The translations under genes were made by a program, and so were the position numbers. This document shows, one piece after another, positions 61,096 to 64,000 of a DNA stretch of 64,000 nt. This DNA is from a virus (lineage: Duplodnaviria > Caudoviricetes). The stretch is taken from the IMG/VR virus record IMGVR_UViG_3300047539_000055; one strand, given 5' to 3'. Numbering within the stretch: position 1 is the stretch's first letter; every line of letters starts with the position of its first letter. The notes under the pieces were generated by a model. It was not told the DNA's origin. It did not search any database and saw only the letters and a list, made by a program, of their open reading frames with translations.

Positions 61096-61766
61096 CTTTC
61101 CTTCAAAGTGTCTTTTTGCTTTTGAATAGATTCTAAAGTTCGTTTTCTACCTCTATTTGCATCACCAATTTTCTTTTTACATTCTGCCGATCTTTCACAC
61201 AGTCCATTTTTCTTTCTAGTAGCAATTACTTTTTCTATTACATCTTTTGTCATAACATTCATTGTTCCATTTTTGCGCTTTGTTTCTAGTTGCTTGGAAA
61301 TTGTATTTTCGGATACAATATCTTTTCCGTTTTTGCGTCTTGTTTTCCAAGCCTGTTTTCGATTTTCAGGGGTATTCGGATTTATAATTCCTTTTGCTTT
61401 TTTCGTAGCGACACCCTTTGCTAAAGATTCGGGTGTCTGAGATAATAGTAAGAAACTTTTATTTCCGTTTGATTTATTGAACCAATCATTTCGTTGTGCC
61501 GCCCCAATTTTACACAATATTTTAGTTTCTAAATTTCTTGTTTGTTCAACAGTTTTACAAATAAGACGAATTTCCCAAGCAAACCACGAAACGCCATATT
61601 TATCTACTAGTTCATTTATTTCTTTGCTTGAAGTGAAATATTTATTTCCCAGATCAGAAGGATGACAATTTTTAGCGTAACGCGAACCATAATATCTTTT
61701 TCCGGTTGATTTTTCTGTAACAAGATATGTGAATGGTGTGCGATCTATGGCAGAATAAATAGGCAT
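61074..61766 (-). CDS. Free-standing GIY-YIG (Seg-like) homing endonuclease
   Basis: PFTYLV..TGKRYYGSR...YFTSS, E, N; T(K/R)(R/K)KNG repeats; ATG 61766 after GGAG. Confidence 0.8.
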   Translation of the reverse strand: MPIYSAIDRTPFTYLVTEKSTGKRYYGSRYAKNCHPSDLGNKYFTSSKEINELVDKYGVSWFAWEIRLICKTVEQTRNLETKILCKIGAAQRNDWFNKSNGNKSFLLLSQTPESLAKGVATKKAKGIINPNTPENRKQAWKTRRKNGKDIVSENTISKQLETKRKNGTMNVMTKDVIEKVIATRKKNGLCERSAECKKKIGDANRGRKRTLESIQKQKDTLKERKGQSLD

Positions 61767-61829
61767 GGCTGGTGCTCCATAAAGCATTAGAATTGGTGGG
61801 ACTCGTTATCCGCGACCAATAGTATTTAT
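61755..61829 (+). ncRNA. Endonuclease-associated two-hairpin element, copy 4
   Basis: CTGGTGCT-CCATAA-AGCATTAG-A-ATTGGT-G-GGA-loop-TCC-GCG-ACCAAT between inverted TAAATA. Confidence 0.75.
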
Positions 61830-61835
61830 CAAAAA

Positions 61836-62222
61836 TTACGGCATTTTTTTCACAACTGTTATACTTCTTCGCTTTTTCTTTTGATTTAGTGCTGATAGAG
61901 AAACACATGGCCCATGCACGATTTGAAGTTCTTTAGAAATAAATGTCTTGAAAATTTTTTCAAAAACCTTCCATTCATCTTTCAAATAAATATTGATCGG
62001 CAGTTGTCGATTTGATTCGTAGTACCATTTTTCTCCGAGTGTCAAAAATAGCTTTTTCTCTTCATCAGTCTTCAAAAGACTAAAATCATAGACGCTGGTT
62101 ATAATGCTATCTGCATTTTGAATAATGCCTACATATTCATCCTGCGAATCTCCATAAGTTATAATACTTAAAAAAGGAAAAGATTGGTTTAGTTTCTCGT
62201 ATAAGTTGTTTGGCATGATCAC
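61836..62222 (-). CDS. Phage hypothetical protein
   Basis: FPFLS..EYVGIIQN..LGE.W..ESNR.LPI; late promoter upstream. Confidence 0.6.
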   Translation of the reverse strand: MIMPNNLYEKLNQSFPFLSIITYGDSQDEYVGIIQNADSIITSVYDFSLLKTDEEKKLFLTLGEKWYYESNRQLPINIYLKDEWKVFEKIFKTFISKELQIVHGPCVSLSALNQKKKRRSITVVKKMP

Positions 62223-62292
62223 CCATTGATTATTTGATTACGCATTCTATTTATAAGACTAAATACAATACAGTTGAGCAGATAAATACGGT

Positions 62293-63120
62293 ATGCAGCT
62301 AATCAGAACATATTTTGAGAATTTAGAGCCGAAAATCCGCGCACAAATCGTAGGATTTTCAAGCGCCAATGCTGGTATCGGGTTGATTGGCTACAATGAG
62401 GACCGAATCGTGTATAGCACACCACTTACCCTATATTCTGGAGTCAACAATCCTGTCAAGATTGTTTGTTTAAATTCTGATCAAAAATCTATTAATGTGG
62501 AAGCTGTTAGTATTCAAGTTGGATTATTTGTTCCCAATACCCAAAATGAATTACTTACTGCAAATGCCACAAATATTGATTCTGCCAACGGAGTAGTGCA
62601 AGTTACCTTCACTCCAAGTCAGTTGGCTCCGCTTGATTTTGGATTTTATGAAGTTGCATTGACGGCTACCGATGGAAATTTGAATGTCTTTCCAATTTAC
62701 ATTGATGACAATTATGGTTCTCGTTTGACTACAACTTTGATGAAAGGCCCAGTATTGGCATATCCAAACCCATATCCAGTTGTTTTTTCCGATGTGACAG
62801 ATGTGGGTGTAGTCAGTGATCCTATCAATCTTACCGGCCGTCCAATGAATAGCACCGTGGCAACATTGTGTGCCAATATTGTTTCATATACTGGTAATAT
62901 TGTTGCTCAAGGCACAACTGTTACGATTCCAACTCTGCATGATTGGGGAAATGTGAGTGCCACCTATTATGCAAATGCTGCTGGATTATATTTTCAATCG
63001 GTAACAGGGTCGTTTGCCTGGATTCGTTTTATTCTTGATTCCATTGATCCAACTGGAACTGGAAATCTCAGTCCATCCAATGTTGCAGCATTTATAAGCG
63101 GTGGAAATATAAGAATTTAA
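62293..63120 (+). CDS. Putative virion structural protein
   Basis: Late promoter GATAAATA just before ATG; beta-rich composition; terminator 63142-63169. Confidence 0.55.
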   Translation: MQLIRTYFENLEPKIRAQIVGFSSANAGIGLIGYNEDRIVYSTPLTLYSGVNNPVKIVCLNSDQKSINVEAVSIQVGLFVPNTQNELLTANATNIDSANGVVQVTFTPSQLAPLDFGFYEVALTATDGNLNVFPIYIDDNYGSRLTTTLMKGPVLAYPNPYPVVFSDVTDVGVVSDPINLTGRPMNSTVATLCANIVSYTGNIVAQGTTVTIPTLHDWGNVSATYYANAAGLYFQSVTGSFAWIRFILDSIDPTGTGNLSPSNVAAFISGGNIRI

Positions 63121-63393
63121 CAAACAAATCAAATTTTGGTTGGGCCGCATTTGACGCGGCCCTGTTTTTGTGCTATACTATTTCAAAGGATAAAATATGA
63201 AAGTATGGCAATCATCTTATGGAAATATAATTGGAATCCGAAGCGAATCACCAGAAGAAGAATGTATAATTGAAAATTTTGTATTTCTTAAAAAATTAGA
63301 AGGTGTACAGATTCATTTTGCCAGTAATCAAGAATTTATCCCGCCACAAACTCCTTGTCCTGATTGTGGATGGGATGGAAGGCATCACACTTA

Positions 63394-64000
63394 ATGAACA
63401 TTATTATCCAAACCACATTAGATTATTGGAGACGCACAAGAACCAAAATTGCCCCATCTGGTTGGGAACATAGAAACTCGGTTTGTTGTCATCATAGAGG
63501 AGATACACCAGATAAAAGAGGACGGGGTGGAATTAAAACTGATGGCAGAAATATAAGTTACCATTGTTTTCAATGTGGATTTACTGCGAATTATACACCA
63601 GGAAAACCACTCTATCCAAAGTTTATCAATCTTTTAACTTGGCTCAACGTTGATGAAAAAACAATAAGCCACTTGAAGTTGGAAAGTTTCCGTATTTCAA
63701 AAGAGATTGATGTTGAATCAAGTGCAATAGTTCGTCGCGATATCAAAGAGGTTGATTTGCCAAATGGTTGCTCTTTGTTGGAATTGGAACATGAAAAAGA
63801 AACACATAAAGCACACATTGAATTTTTGAAAACACGCGGTTTTGAAGCAGAAGATTTTCCATTTTTAGTTTCACCAAACCTAACATATAGAACTCGTGTT
63901 ATATTGCCATTCATTTTACATAATACGATTGTTGGTTATTCTGCCAGATCAATTGTTCAGGCAGAAAAACTTCGCTACCTTATGAAAACGACAACGGATT
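63394..64000 (+). CDS. DNA primase-like protein, N-terminal part (runs off window)
   Basis: Not in track: MNIIIQ..SGW...CC..D.R.RGG..YHCFQCG Zn-binding region, L..RG, RVILPF, GYSAR. Confidence 0.7.
   Translation, partial: MNIIIQTTLDYWRRTRTKIAPSGWEHRNSVCCHHRGDTPDKRGRGGIKTDGRNISYHCFQCGFTANYTPGKPLYPKFINLLTWLNVDEKTISHLKLESFRISKEIDVESSAIVRRDIKEVDLPNGCSLLELEHEKETHKAHIEFLKTRGFEAEDFPFLVSPNLTYRTRVILPFILHNTIVGYSARSIVQAEKLRYLMKTTTD

Noticed and set aside
1-64000. Stop-codon reassignment as seen in some huge phages
   Set aside because: Long conserved genes are intact in code 11 and end at TAA, TAG or TGA at expected positions; no suppressor tRNA seen

Overview
AT-rich, densely coding, mostly + strand segment of a large (jumbo/huge) tailed-phage genome of the broad T4-like type. 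It has sigma70-like early promoters (TTGAC(A/T)-N17-TATACT/TATAAT) and T4-type late promoters (TAAATA). Several host-like genes suggest an Acidobacteriota host, which is an inference from recalled sequence resemblance. Contents: DNA metabolism (LigA, NrdJ-type RNR, primase start, DEDDh exonuclease, AAA ATPase); a methylation island (HaeIII-family REase and C5-MTase, stand-alone SRA domain, second C5-MTase); a translation, rescue and proteolysis toolkit (7 tRNAs, several with non-canonical features, a circularly permuted two-piece tmRNA, GGQ release-factor domain, Pth2-like protein, Def, ClpX, ClpS, two RNA ligases, RpoZ); three arrays of small paralogous ORFs; and seven free-standing homing-type endonucleases. 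The most striking unexplained structure is a ~75-80 bp element at the 5' end of four endonuclease genes from different families (HNH and GIY-YIG). It is bracketed by convergent late promoters and folds, with covariation and G-U pairs, into a conserved two-hairpin RNA on the strand antisense to the nuclease gene. All calls come from motif recognition by eye; no searches were run.
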